63,684 bases of DNA, filler included, from Octopus bimaculoides (GCF_001194135.2; 3 parts of 3 records of this genome joined end to end with filler, not necessarily neighbours in it), one strand, 5' to 3'. Shown: positions 13,001 to 26,879, numbered from the whole stretch's first letter. Translations and numbers: made by a program. The notes: generated by a model not told the origin, from the letters alone.

Positions 13001-16000
13001 CATGCGTGGGTGTATAGTCTTTCTAATAGAATTGAAATGTTTTAGCTGGTTCCCCTATGGCTTGTTTGCCTAGAATTTTTCTGAGAAACGAGAGCAGTTT
13101 TGTGAACTAAAAATGGAAGTGAAAATGCTTTATAACAGTTTTGGGAAACATTTATGAGAAAGACTTGAATTGAGAGTAAAGAATATATCTTGAGTGGATC
13201 ATGAAGTGAAACATTTGCTGCAGAGCTGGAGAGATTATATGTTCTCATGGAGAGGAAAAAGCGGGCTATACTGTTGACCAAAATAAACTGGAAATTCACA
13301 AGAAGCCGCGAAGTTGTTCGGCACAGACGAAGGAAATTATAATTCCAGACGTTGCTGAAATTGCATTGATCTTCACTCGGCAGCTGATGAAGGAAGTGCC
13401 TCACCGTGCAACATGTATGTAAACTATAAATATTAAACATGAGTGCAACGCGGTGAGCTAAGAGAATCGTTATCCCCCTGGGAAAGATGTTTGGCGCATT
13501 TCGTTCGTATTTACTATCTGAGTTCAAAGTAGGCCAGATCCATTTTGCCTTTCATTCTTTCGGGGTCGATACAATAAGTATCAGTTGAGTACTCGGGTGG
13601 ATGTTGTCAACTGGACCGCTTCACCGATATTGCTGTCTATAGACAGACACTCACTAATCTAAAATATCAATTATGTTATATGTATCTATAAAAGAAAGGA
13701 AAAGTATCTTTGCAATTGTTATAATATTGAGTTTAACTATAGCAGCATCTTTCTCATACGGTAAAAAAAAAGTGAATAATGTCCCAGAGGACAAAGTATT
13801 TAAAACATTCGTTGCCAAGGCGTTTCGCATGTGTATCATACCAAACGGTTAATTGCTATAACCCTGGAGTTATACATAGTTTAGTTGATGGAAATTAGCG
13901 TCCGTTGACGACATTCGTTATATTTCATATACAACTGCTAATAGGAACCTTTATAAACTTTATTCGAATGGTATAGACGGAAATGTCTGCAGTCATTTAA
14001 TTTCGGACAACGAACATTCCCTATTCATGACATGCTGTGTATCTTTAGTTCAACAAAGTCTGCAAATGACAACTTTCAAAGCAATTTGTTTGTAAAATAT
14101 TGTAGCAATTAGCTTTGATGTATTTATTTTTTCTCTTCTATTTTTACAGTGCATTTTTATGGTTTGTTGGGAGGGCGGGTAGAGGAGGAGGAGGAGGGGG
14201 TCTTTTTTTACTTTCCTTTCTACTGTTTGAACATCGGAAACACAGATGTTTTCCACGTTTGCATTATTAGACATCTTGTATCTTTTCTTTCATTTATTTA
14301 GACTTTACGATCTTCCTGGTGAGATTTCGTTAAAAAAGATTGTTTGCTGTGACATTTTTCTCTAGACTCCTTTGGCGCTACACCCACCCACCCACACTCA
14401 TACGTGTATATATGCATTTATATCTACACGTATGTATATGTATTCACACATATATGCATGCATACATGCACGTATACGCGTTCATAAATGTATATTAGAT
14501 TGTATGATTATGTATATCACTTCATATTATTTGTTTTTTGTATTAACTGTGTTTTTTTTTTTACAAGATGATCAGTACCATTTTTTTTTATACTGCTGCG
14601 ATACATTTCCGAAGATGCATTTATTTTATGTAATTTCAAATACCTTTAACATTTTATAAAGTTTCACAAGCATTTCCAAAACAAATATTAGTGTGTGTGT
14701 ATGTATGTATGTACGTATTTATGTATAGATGGTTAGGTAACTTGTGTGGTCACTCATGAGTACTACAAGTAACATAGAATCTAATACAAACCCGTGGAAG
14801 GATTGTCGGGCATTCACACTAGGGTAGTGTGGTTAGAAAGTTTGCTAGACACTCACCGGGATTAAAAACAAGACCCGTCAAAAGGATGGCTGAACTCAAT
14901 GTAGGTTCAACGACTATCCGCCAATCGCTCAGGTACTCAGAATTTCCCAGTTGGTACACGGTGGGATGGGACACGGCAGGGAGTTAGACACCCCTTAGCT
15001 TCTATTAAAGTATGTTTCTCGGAGAAAAAGACACTGATATAAAACAGGATATGCAGGGAATCGTACTGGCATTTGTGGAATCTTATGCTTGCGATTGAGA
15101 CAATAGCGATCCCACGTTCCCGAACCTATTCCATATATTGGGAGTAGAATCATGCCTCGGTTTTTCTCTGGATCATCTCAATAGACAGACATTGTTTTGC
15201 CAGTGATGGTCATACTCGTCTACGAATTAGAGTTATCATGTATAGATCGATACATATGTATTTGGAAAAATAAAAATTCTGGACTATAGAAAATCTGTTG
15301 CTAGACATGATAGATTTCTGTTTCAAGGCTACTTATAGCATAAATGTACAAAACTTTCATCGAGGAACTGAGAAGGAATATTTTATATTATTTAAATATA
15401 ACGCTGTTGATCACTGCTGTTGCTGCTGTTGGCTCGTCTGTGATGATCCCTGGTTGAGTTGTGTGAAGACGTCACGGACAACACGAACAATCAACAGATT
15501 TTATTATTACACATAAAGTTGAATGGTGTTGGTCTTCTACAAATAATAACAGCAATAATGACACACCAGGAGAGACTGATAGCGCAATCTATGGCTATTC
15601 CATCATAACTGGAAACAACTCCACTATATTTGTGATGACGGAGCCTCCTGTTCAGTATCTGCCGTTGGCAAGATTGCGGCAACAATGGTAGCCCCAAAAT
15701 ATCACTATTATATTTAAGGAAAAGGAAGCGAGTTAGTAGAATCGTTAGCATGCCGGATAAAATGCTAAGCGAAGTTTTGTCCGTCTTTACATTCTGATTT
15801 CAAATTCCGCCGCGGTCGACTTTGACTTTCTTTCATCCTTTCGGGGTCAATAAAACAATTACCAGTCGAGGACTATGGCCGATATAATCGACTTACTCCG
15901 TCACCCGAAATTGCTGGCCTTGTGCCAGAATTTGAAACTGATACTATGTTTTAAAAAAAGTACATTATAATAATTACATCTTTGTCTATACAAAATTTAA

Positions 16001-16743
16001 ACCGATATATAACCTTCGCAGTTATAAGATCATTGATTATAAGGTTAAATGAACCATTTTAAAGATGTCAAATAATAATGTGTCGATCCTTACGATGTTC
16101 TCATAAACAGGTTGCGTGTAAAAGAGTAAATTCCTATCCAACTTATATTTGCTGCATTCATTGACAAGAAGATTAACTCAACTCGCTCCCAGCATATTAG
16201 AAAAGAACATATTGTAGCTGTTCCATGATGTCAGCCTGATATAAGACTGAAGACATGATTTCAAGGAAATATTTCCACTCTCATCCGCTGCAAGGTGCAT
16301 ACAGTAAAACAAAGAATAGCTGGATATGCACCATAAATTATATTCGAAACAAACAGACAAACAAAAGAAAACAGAAATAATTTTACACAAAATTCGTTGA
16401 GCAAAACATGTATCGTATTCCTTCAACTCATGTTACATTCAGACATTCGTTATGGAGATTAATATTAATTTATGCCTTCTACGATGCTGAACAATTCGGT
16501 GTTTAGCATAAAATTTACTGCAGCTGACAAAAACTATTGAATACGTGACAGAGTAAATCACGGAAGAATTTACCAGCTAACCATAAAAACAATATTCATT
16601 ATTATTTGAAAATTCTAGTGGACGACTAGAGTTGTGCGTCTTTCCTAACCCTCACTATTCATATCGTGTGAATTTTACAGTGTGATTATTTTTTGTATAC
16701 AACGTGCACAGTGATATTTAGATTTCACAAAACTATTTACAGT

Positions 16744-16778
<35 letters not shown>

Positions 16779-17399
16779 NNNNNNNNNNNNTCTGTACGTG
16801 TGGGTACATGTATGTATATTAATGTATATTTATGAGTAAAACACGGCTCGGATAAGTTTTACATATAATCTTTTTCCAATTTTCTTTTCAATATTACAGA
16901 AATCTATGTAAACATAACCATCGCATTCCATCGACGTAATGCTATCATCAGGATGTCCTGGCTGATGATCACGCAGAATAATTGTGTTTTGTTCCTATAT
17001 TGTGTCTAAACTTCGTTTGTATTCGGTTCCAGCAAAGCGTAATCAGGCTTGTTGAGCAGCGTTAATGGAAAAGTTTTGTTGTATTCTCCAAGTATTGATT
17101 CTAGATTGGTTCACTATGCATAAAGATTCCTCGGTCAAATCGCTTTTTTTTTATCTCTTATTTGTTTCGGACTGCGGCCATGCTGGAGCACCGCCAGGAA
17201 GAATTTTAGTCAAACAAACAAATCGACCCCAGAACTTATTATTTGTTTTGAAACCTGGTAATTAAACGGTGCCTTTGACGAACCACTAAGTTATGGGGAT
17301 GAAAATCATCCACCAAGACCGCTTGATAAGCAGAGGTGGGAGACCATCTCAGACACAAAGACGTGCCCTTACACATACACGCACACACACGCGCGCACA

Positions 17400-17464
<65 letters not shown>

Positions 17465-19154
17465 GCCGCACACACACAAGTCTTATATATATATATATGT
17501 ACATAAGTAACAAAGTTGTACAGGGGTCGTAATGAATTGACACCTGTTCATCTTTGTTATTTATTTACATTCTGTTCAACTAACCCCTCGGAATCTGCAC
17601 TTCATAAATACAATAGAAAGTACCTTTAGCAAAAGTATATGTCTGAATTACCAAGAGCCGATATCTTCACTTACCTGAGTTATGTTGTCTGCACAGACTA
17701 CAGGAGTATAAGGTACAAACACCCCTATACGGAATCTTGATATTCAATATTCAAATAATATTGTTGTGTAGATTGTACCGAACAAGCAAGGTGCCTCAAT
17801 TTAAGTATCTTAATTATATATAGAGAGAGAGAGATGACGGGTTTCTTTCCGTTTCCGTCTACCAAATCCACACATAATACTTTGGTCGGCCGTAGCCTAT
17901 ATCAGAAACATTGTCACGCAGTGGGTCTGAACCCGGGACCATGTGGTTGGGAAGCAAATTTCCTACCACACAGGCGCGCCGACACCGCTTGATTATTCTT
18001 TCATTTTCAAGGTGTGCCGTATTAAAAAAATAGTTACATGATTTACATATTTCTCTATGTTGTCTCAACTGTGAATGTACAACCAAAGTGTGATAGACTG
18101 TATTAATTACCAGAAATTGGTCAAATATCCTGCAAGAAATCGGTGTAAAATAGTATTTCAAATCTCTTTTCACTTTTATCAGTCGTTGGCCATGCTGGAG
18201 CAATGCCTTGAAGAATTTTTAGTCGAAAGAGTCGACCCAAGTAATTGTTATTGTTCAAAGCTGGTTCTTAATTATCGGTCCCTTTCACCGAATCGCTAGA
18301 TTACGCCTAGCGATTCGGTGAAAAGGCGCAGGCCTGGCTGTGTGGTAAGTTTGCTTCCCAACCACATGGTTCCAGGTTCAGTTCCACTGTGTGGCACCTT
18401 GGGAAAGTGTCTTCTAATATAGTTTTGGGCTGACCAGATGAAAACTGGAAGAAGCCTGTTGTATATATATAGGTATATATACATATATATGTGTGTGTCT
18501 GTGTGTCTTTGTGTTTGGGCTTGTTCCCACCCACTCACAACGCATGACAACCGGTACTGGTGTGTGTACGTACCTGTAAATTAGCAGTTCCGCAAATGAA
18601 ACTGATAGAATAAATACGAGGCTTTAAAACAAAGTAAGTATTCCAATGCGGTGCCACAGCATGGCCGCAGTTTAACGACTGAAGCAAGTAAAAGACACTC
18701 ACGTAATGCGTCATACAATGGGATTGAAACCGGAACAACATGAGTGGACCCAAAGTCCTTGCCACAGAGCCACGCTTGTAACAATATATACGAATTACAC
18801 ATGTATCTAGTGTATACTTATTCATACTTTTGCTTCGATATTCAATCATTTGTTTTTTCTTTACAGTCTTTTGAATGCCTAAGTTCAGCCGATCAGAATT
18901 TCATAAACGTATCCTCGTATTTCTAAGAGAGATATGAAAGGAATATATGGAACATATATATATATATATATANNNNNNNNNNNNNNNNNNNNNNNNNNNN
19001 NNNNNNNNNNNNNNNNNNNNNNNNNNNNNNNNNNNNNNNNNNNNNNNNNNNNNNNNNNNNNNNNNNNNNNNNNNNNNNNNNNNNNNNNNNNNNNNNNNNN
19101 NNNNNNNNNNNNNNNNNNNNNNNNNNNNNNNNNNNNNNNNNGTTTTAATGAATA

Positions 19155-20265
19155 CATCAGGTCATCCCATAAGTTCTGTCCGAATTTTGAATAAAGAAAA
19201 CAAGTGATCAAATGTTATATTTAATTGAAATTTAATCATCAATATACTTTCCCTGATTATCTATGACTTCCTTCGATCTATTTACAAGCTTTTTAATCCC
19301 ATCGATGTAAAACTCTTTTGGTTTCAAAGCGAAGAACTCTGAAATGTCAGTTTTGACCTCATCCTGACTTGCGAAAGTTATGTCACCCAAATGATTCTGT
19401 AAACTACGAAACAAATGGTAGTCTGAAGGAGCAAGGTCGGGAGAATAAGGTGGATGAGGAATTTTTTCCCAACCAAGCTCTTCGATCTTCTGTGATGTGA
19501 TCTTTGCCGTGTGTGGTCGCGCATTGTCACTCCTTTTCGATTCAATAAAGCGGGTCTTTTTTTCTTCAAAGCTTGGTTCGAACGCTCTAATTCCTGACAG
19601 TAGACTTGAGCATTGATTGTTGCATAAGGTGGTAACAATGCAAAGTGAATTTCTCCTTTGCAATCCCATTAGATAGAGAGAACATTTTTCCCATGCAGTC
19701 CCATTTCACATTTTATAAAGTTTCACAAGCATTTCCAAAACAAATATGAGTATGTATGTATGTATGTATGCAGTCCCATTCTCAATTGTGGTTGAGCTTT
19801 TTCCCTTTTACCAAGCCACTGTTTACGACGGTTAACATTTCGATACAAGATCTATTTTTCATCACCAGTTACAAGTCTATCCTACAAGGGTGAAATGAGT
19901 TCGCGAGAATGGAGAGAAGAGCAGATGTCAACTCGGGATTTGCGGTTGCTTTCGGACAATTCATGAGGCATCCCTTTTCCAAGTTTAGAAACCTTTCGAT
20001 TTGTAGAAGATGACGATGAACAGTTGTATGGTTTGATCTAAGCTTTATTGCCAATTCTTCAACTGATAATGCAGGATTTTCTTCAAGTAATACCTCAAGG
20101 AGCTTATCATCAAACTCAACTGGACGTCCTGTTCGATCTTCATCTTCAAGGTTGAAATCTCCACTTCTGAATTTTGCAAACCATTAGACATTCTAAAATA
20201 CTATTAAATTTCATTCAATTTAAAAAAAAGGTAAAATCGGACAGGGCTTATGGGATGACCTGATA
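19155..20265 (-). mobile_element. Near full-length decayed mariner (DD34D) with both TIRs
   Basis: TIRs tcaggtcatcccataagttctgtccga / tcggacagggcttatgggatgacctga; peptide DNARPHTAKITSQKIEELGWEKIPHPPYSPDLAPSDYHLFRSLQNHL; stops and frameshifts in the 5' half; carries a 62-bp insertion at 19706-19767. Confidence 0.95.
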
Positions 20266-21321
20266 ATATGTTCAAGGTATCAAATATACACTTTCACAAT
20301 ATTTTGTGAATGTATTTTTTGAATACGTTATATTTTTTTCTTCAAACACATTCTTCGGTCTGTCATCTTTGTAAGATTATAAAATTATATCACTAGCAGA
20401 AATCCGAACATATACTAGGATTTGTAACTTAAGATAGATACATTTAACACCAGTAATAACACTCATATTTTCCTTTTATAATTTGTTCCGAACTGAAACA
20501 CTGGATTAACGACTTGTGAATTTTAAAAGACTGGTATTTTCTTTAATACTTTATTATTTATTTAAAATTTCTCAAAGAACAAAAATGTAATAAAGTTATT
20601 GATGGAAATAGAGATACAACCGTTAAAAAAGAAGAACGAGAAGCAATTGGGTACGAATAAACATGATCGAAACCGGCGCTAGTGTATAGTCGTCATTCTT
20701 GTATTGTGGCCATAACAGATATACATCTGCTGAATAATTCTCACAAACAGATCGAAAGAGGCTATGTTTGCAAAACGTAGTCAATAAGCACGCAACGAAA
20801 ATTGGAACGAATTCAAAAGTCGAAAATACAGCTATACATACATACATGCATGCATACATACATACATACATACATACATACATACATACATACATACATG
20901 CATGCATACATACATACATACATGCATACATACATACATGCATACATACATACATACATACACACATACATACATACATATATACATACATACATACATA
21001 CGTTAGTACGTAAACATATGCCTGCACTTACGTGCGTGTGTCTAGGTTCTTCATACTGTTGGCTTTAGTCGTTGATACTCTTCGATAAATCTGAGATAAT
21101 TATGCCGGCCTTACCGCTACGTACGGTTGACTAACGCCAATAATCCGGTTTACCAACACTCAATTAATTCACTTTCTACACACACTTCTCACACCGGAAT
21201 CTATTAAGCATTTTACATTTTGGAACGGCAGCACAAAAATTCCCTTTCTCTCTCTGACCCTCTACCTCTCTCTCTTTCACTCTCTCTCTCTCTCGCTCTA
21301 TCTCTTTTCTTTCTCTCCCTA

Positions 21322-21434
<113 letters not shown>

Positions 21435-21499
21435 GTCTCTCTCCCTCCATATGCATATGTGTGTATCTAACTTTGCACCTTTTCTTTTTCTATTTTTCC

Positions 21500-22390
21500 G
21501 ATAACCTGTTCCTTTTGTTTTTGAAAACATTGGTAACAACTTTCAGCTTAAAGAAGACGCCTTGCAAAATTCATCATTTTCAGGTATTTAAGATGTGTTG
21601 TGAGCTTTGGTTGTCTTGTTTGAGCATATTGTTCCGTCCTTTTGTTAACCTACACTAACAGTTGTCGATCACAGACGCACAGGTAACCTTATCACCGATG
21701 TCATATATTATCTTTTCGAATTGTCTTCACCTTGTGTCTGAGACACTCGCATTTGCCGTCCAAATATCTACCGATTTATTCATAAATATGTTGCTACTCA
21801 ATCTGTTACCACATGGACATTATCATAATCGATAGATATCTACTTAAACATATTCTTCACCGACTGAATTGAGGGTCAGATACCCACGTCGATAAGGCAG
21901 CTGCATTTAAAACCTGTGAAACGATTATGAAAGACTGTTTTGATCACGTCCACTTCCTTTTTGAAATTCAATCGTTGTCTTTTGACGACTTCTGAATATT
22001 GTCTTACTCTCAACGTTAGCACGTAGTCGATACTTTTGACCACTCACCATTATTCTTATAAGATGCATTTAGATTATATGTCCACTCATGTACGTATTAT
22101 AAATCATAGCAGTATTTCATAAAGTTTTTCTTTCAGGATCAGTAAATTTAGTGCAAACTGTTTTATCAAGATTATTATCGCCAATCCTACCATCTTACTC
22201 TAAGAGGATTAAAGCAAAAGCGCAGGGAATGCCATGATTTTGAAATTCTAAAGAATGACAATATACCACAGGTTGTCCGATTTTTAAGGATAACATTTAT
22301 TAAGTTATTTAGCTTCATGCTAAGAACTGTGGCTATCAAATTGATATTGTCTGAGTAAAACATATGTCAGTATTTCTGGCCATTTTGACC
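21500..22390 (-). mobile_element. Helitron Rep-domain fossil
   Basis: Colinear broken-frame peptides KWPEI, ATVLSMKLNNLINVILK, HSLEFQNHGIPCAFALILL (cf. EFQKRGLPHAHILI), LDKTVCTKFTDPE, YVHEWTYNLNASYKNNGEWSK, SVKNMFK, TSVIRLPVRL and ENDEF/ARRLL appear in the order expected for Helitron RepHel. Confidence 0.75.
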
Positions 22391-23599
22391 AGTAGTCATA
22401 TTAATGAATAAGATTGGAGTCCTAATATTTTCACAAAGTGACTTTATACATACATACATACATACATACATACATACATACATACATACATACATACGTG
22501 AGTACGCAAATATACTTGTGTGCGTGTGTGTTCGTGCTTCAGTACGTGATTCATACTGTTGGCTTTAGTCGTTGATAAATCTGATGTATATTATGTTAGG
22601 TTGCACCAAAGGGTCTGGCATGTAGACACCACAGCAGTTGCCAAATTTACTTGTAGAATGTTTAATGCACCACAAGGCACAGAACTGGCAGACAATTCCC
22701 ATTTCTTTACAGATTTGTCTGAAATTTACTTTCTTAAACTGTTCAATTATTTACATCTCACGATATCTTGCTTTCTAATTTACGAAGTCTTACCTTTAAA
22801 TTTTTGTGCGAGATCGAATCTTCTATCTCACAGCATTTCTTCTCTTTTCATCCACTTCTGTGCATGTCACGAAAATACTTTTTACCTCCCCACTGCGTGA
22901 AAGCAGCAAGGTCGATTGTATTATCTAAATCGCCTTATAATCTTTTATTCTGCTCAGCTTTAAGATTTCATTGCGTGAAAATATATACTTAATACTCGAC
23001 TTGGAGATGATTCCAGAGATTGGAGTTGGAAAAGTGCGTCCCCATACAAAATTGGATGGAAACGTTACCCGAATATGATCAATTCTAACTTACAATATAA
23101 CACAAATTTTCTTCTATGCTTATATACATATACACATTAGGCTACCAACCAAGCTCTCTGAATGGGTAATATATATATATATATATATATATAATCCCTC
23201 ACGAATGGTGGTCTTTCATATAGATTCTTAAATATCAGTACTTTTACAATTATTCATAAGTTAGATCATCTTCTGTCAGAATTTCTATTTCTTTTAAAAA
23301 CTATATTTACGATATTTTTTGTGTGTAACACCCTTTTTATCCTTACGACCCACTTCTCTTAATATTTCATGCGCTTTTGCGTATATATATTTCACTTATC
23401 AAATTTTCAAGACTCAGTGATTCCATTCAAACAGACTTTATGATATCTGTTATTAATTCCGGAGTACTACAATCTATATTACAAATGATAGGTCAGAACT
23501 GTTTCGGTGAATGTAGGAAAACACTGATATACTTGACCATCCAATTTGAAACAATAAAAAAACTATCTTGTTGGGAAACGTAAAAGCTGAATGACACGA

Positions 23600-24720
23600 T
23601 CGAATGTTGTTGGACTTTTTATAGTGGATATGCTATAGGTTGGACCGTAGGCTCTGATGGGGTCTGTCATGTAGAGTATATGTGGTAGGTTGCACCATAT
23701 TCAGGGAAATCTTGCTGATGCTGTGTCAAATGTTTATTCTTATGACAATAGCTGATAAATTTTATCCGAGCGGGAAATTCTTGTTAAATGTTTAATGAAT
23801 CTCAAAATAGTTTTCATTTTGTTACTGATGTTTATTGTCTTCTTGTCTATCATTTGTTTTGTTTTGTTTTTTCTCGTTTTTATATACTTTATCTCGTTTA
23901 CTAATTTCTCTCTTAGCAATAAACATCTATATTATTTCTTTTGGCATTTATGGTTTAGAAACTCCTGTGTATATATATGCCAGTGCGTTTTGTTCTCGCC
24001 TTTGCAAAAACATGTGCTTTTTCTCTTCTTGCCCATATTGAAGTTGTTCTTGGAATAAATATTTCAGTGATGTACAGAACTGGCAGGTGTCAAGCTTTCT
24101 GCAACAAATATGAGGTTGAATCTCAGCTTCCTCATATGTTGTTCACAGAAAGACTGATAAACATTGTTGTTAATTGTCTCATAATTTCAGCATCATTTTG
24201 GTGGTGCAGTAAAGCTATTTGATCAGTTTTATTCTATCATTCTCTTCGATTTTATTCTGCGATAATTTTTTTGGTTTCTTGTACTTTATGTATTATCCTT
24301 TGCTCTGTTCCTTCAGGTGATGTCTTGTCCTATCTGCAATTTTCTCTCTCTCCCTTTTTCTATCTTTTCTCTTACTTCTAGCGATGAATTTCTTCTGTGA
24401 GCAATATCTTCTGCTTCTATTCTCCTTATTTTTCCAACATTTCTTCTTGTAATGCAATAAGTCTTTCCATATGTTTCCTTAAACATTCATTTCTTCTCTT
24501 GGTTTGATGTTCATATTCAATTTCCTGCAAAAATTAGCATTTCCTGCATTGGACATTTTTAGTTCCTACAGCTGCTATGTGACATTGTCTCTTCATTTTT
24601 TTCTCTTGTGCTAGAGTTTGATACTGTTCTTCCTGAATTTGCACTTTTTTTCTTGTTCAAGCAACCATCATTTAGGAAACTTTACACAAACATTAGCCTC
24701 ACTCAGTAGATAGTCCATGC
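23600..24720 (-). pseudogene. Decayed intronless E/K/R/Q-rich coiled-coil coding sequence
   Basis: Frame-shifted segments KVQIQEEQYQTLAQEKKMKRQ, FLQEIEYEHQTKRRNECLRKHMERLIALQEEMLEK*, RRIEAEDIAHRRNSSLEVREKIEKGRERKLQ, KREISKRDKVYKKREKQNK, QEFPARIKFISYCHKNKHLTQHQQDFPEYG; strong purine skew; many stops. Family not securely identified. Confidence 0.45.
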
Positions 24721-25035
24721 GCAATTTGGAACTTGTTTAAAAATCTTAATGATTCGTTAATTGAGAAAAGGGAGAGGGAAAATAATCGTATATATTTTTT
24801 CACGCTGATAATCTTTACAGATTTTCTTCATTAGTTCTGTTGATTCATTGGTAAATTACTTGAAAAACATTATGCATAACATTAATATATTAGTCGCTTG
24901 CTCTTTCGCTCACAGGATAATTACAATTCTTACACTCTCAGCCTCCAAGCTTCCATTTTTTGTCTGATACCTGCTAATTTAAATCCCTTTGACATCACAA
25001 AGTGTCTCTTTCTTTGACAATTAACTTCTTTCACA

Positions 25036-25112
<77 letters not shown>

Positions 25113-25212
25113 NNNNNNNNNNNNNNNNNNNNNNNNNNNNNNNNNNNNNNNNNNNNTTAATTAATTAANNNNNNNNNNNNNNNNNNNNNNNNNNNNNNNN
25201 NNNNNNNNNNNN
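25113..25212. other. Artificial assembly join: 44 N + TTAATTAATTAA + 44 N
   Basis: Palindromic 12-mer at 25157-25168 with stops in all six frames, centred in exactly 100 bp; the same construct occurs at 32839-32938. Confidence 0.9.
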
Positions 25213-25794
25213 TGACAACCGATGCTGGTGTGTTTACGTACCCGTAACTTAGCAGTTCGGCAAAAAGAGACCGATAGAATAAGTACTAGGTTTCCAAGGA
25301 ATAAGTCCTGGGGGCGATTTGCTTGACTAAAGGCGGTGCTCCAGCATGGCCGCAGTCAAATGACTGAAACAAGTAAAAGAGAAAAGGGTATGAGTGTATG
25401 TGAAGGCACATGGCCCAGTGGTTAGGGCGTTGCACTCAGGATCTGAAGATCGTGGTTCTGATTCCCCGACTGGTGGTGCACTGTGCCTGGAGCAAAACAC
25501 TTCATTTCACGTTGCTCCAGTCTGCTCATCTATAAATGGGTAACTCTGTGACCAACTGGCATTCCGTTCAGAGGGAATGTTGACCTGCATTCCAAGCCAA
25601 CAGGGTGGCATGATTTGAAGGCTACAACAATCTAAGGAATCGCATTGTGACCAGCAGTGTATAACTATATTCAATAGTCTGGTCAATTATATATATGTGT
25701 GTGTGTGTTTCTTATTAATAATTGGCAGAAGATACAGGGTGACTCAAAGGTTGAGAATTTGTGTGTTGACACTTATCAAGTGATAAATGCCAAT

Positions 25795-26105
25795 GTCAAT
25801 TCGAGCGAGATCGTTGCCAGTGCCGCTGGACTGGCTCCTGTGCAGGTGGCACGTAAAATACACCATTTCGAGCGCGGCCGTTGCCAGTACCGCCTGACTG
25901 GCATTCGTGCCGGTGGCACGTAAAAGCACCCACTACACTCTCGGAGTGGTTGGCGTTAGGAAGGGCATCCAGCTGTAGAAACTCTGCCAAGTCCGATTGC
26001 AGCCTGGTGTAGCCATCTGGTTTCACCAGTCCTCAGTCAAATCGTCCAACCCATGCTAGCATGGAAAGCAGACGTAAAACGACAACGATGATGATGATGA
26101 TGATG
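25795..26105 (+). mobile_element. SINE family C (RTE-type 3' end, (GAT)n tail, 5' hairpin modules)
   Basis: ...ggcacgtaaaagcacccactacactctcggagtggttggcgttaggaagggcatccagctgtagaaactctgcc...cccatgctagcatggaaagcggacgttaaacgatgatg. Other copies about 28010-28340(+), 28925-29140(-), 29690-29945(+), 30080-30530(+), 32595-32838(+), 32939-33160(+), 34070-34280(-), 36905-37085(+), 39165-39435(-), 50755-51130(-), 53880-54045(+), 63445-63684(-). Confidence 0.9.
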
Positions 26106-26205
26106 GTGTCAGTCCTTGTGTTTTGAATTCTTAGTTCTTGTTAGCATCACCAAATCTATCTGTCTATATACACATACATGTATATATTTATATACACACA
26201 CACAC

Positions 26206-26252
<47 letters not shown>

Positions 26253-26507
26253 TACAAACACATATGAAGAGCTTCTTTCAGTTTCCGTCTACCAACACGA
26301 CTCACAAGGCAATGGTTGATCCAAAGCTATGATAGACGATATTTGCCCCCAAGATGTCATGCAGTGTAACTAAACTTGAAGCATGCAGTCAGTAGAGTCT
26401 AGATAAAGTCTGAAGGGTTGGTCAAAGCCGGGGACACCTTTAATGAAAGGACTACTTAATTAGAGTTGACGTGGGAACTAAGCAACAGCTGTAGCAACGA
26501 AACTCAC

Positions 26508-26588
26508 CTGAGTTTTCTTCCCTTGCTGGCCCTTGGGTCAACTTTCCTTTTCTTCTTGTCACGGAGTTGTTGAATCTCTTGGTATTGC
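26508..26588 (-). CDS. AATF: AATF/BFR2 exon (last one found)
   Basis: ttccag|g...ctcag|gtgagt; (R)QYQEIQQLRDKKKRKVDPRASKGRKL(R) matches the AATF motif [28 protein letters not shown]; phase 2/2, consistent with the upstream exon. Confidence 0.95.
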
Positions 26589-26643
26589 CTGGAATAAACG
26601 AAATGCAATGAATAAATGTGTACAAACATACATACATATATAA

Positions 26644-26879
26644 ATATGAGTGTGTACTGAAAAGTTCCTGGTTTTGATTGAAAGAAAATACAGGAGAATA
26701 AATTAATTATGATTTTATTCAACATATTCCTCCCTCAGATTCACATACTTATTGCAGTGGTCCTTCAGTTTTTCTAAGCCCTGTAAAAAAAACTAGGAAG
26801 GTTGGGCCTCCAACCAGGCCTTCCACAATAATCTTAAAGCCAGGAACAAAAGTTCCTGATTTTTCAGCACCTCCTCGTA
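26644..26879. mobile_element. Mariner-derived MITE
   Basis: Imperfect TIRs tatgagtgtgtactgaaaagttcctgg / ...ttttcagcacctcctcgta around ~235 bp of non-coding sequence. Confidence 0.55.

Noticed and set aside
16895-17010. Acceptor-like ttacag followed by IYVNITIAFHRRNAIIRMSWL...; also a gtaagt donor on the minus strand near 17670
   Set aside because: No matching partner splice site and no recognisable family; isolated signals are expected by chance.
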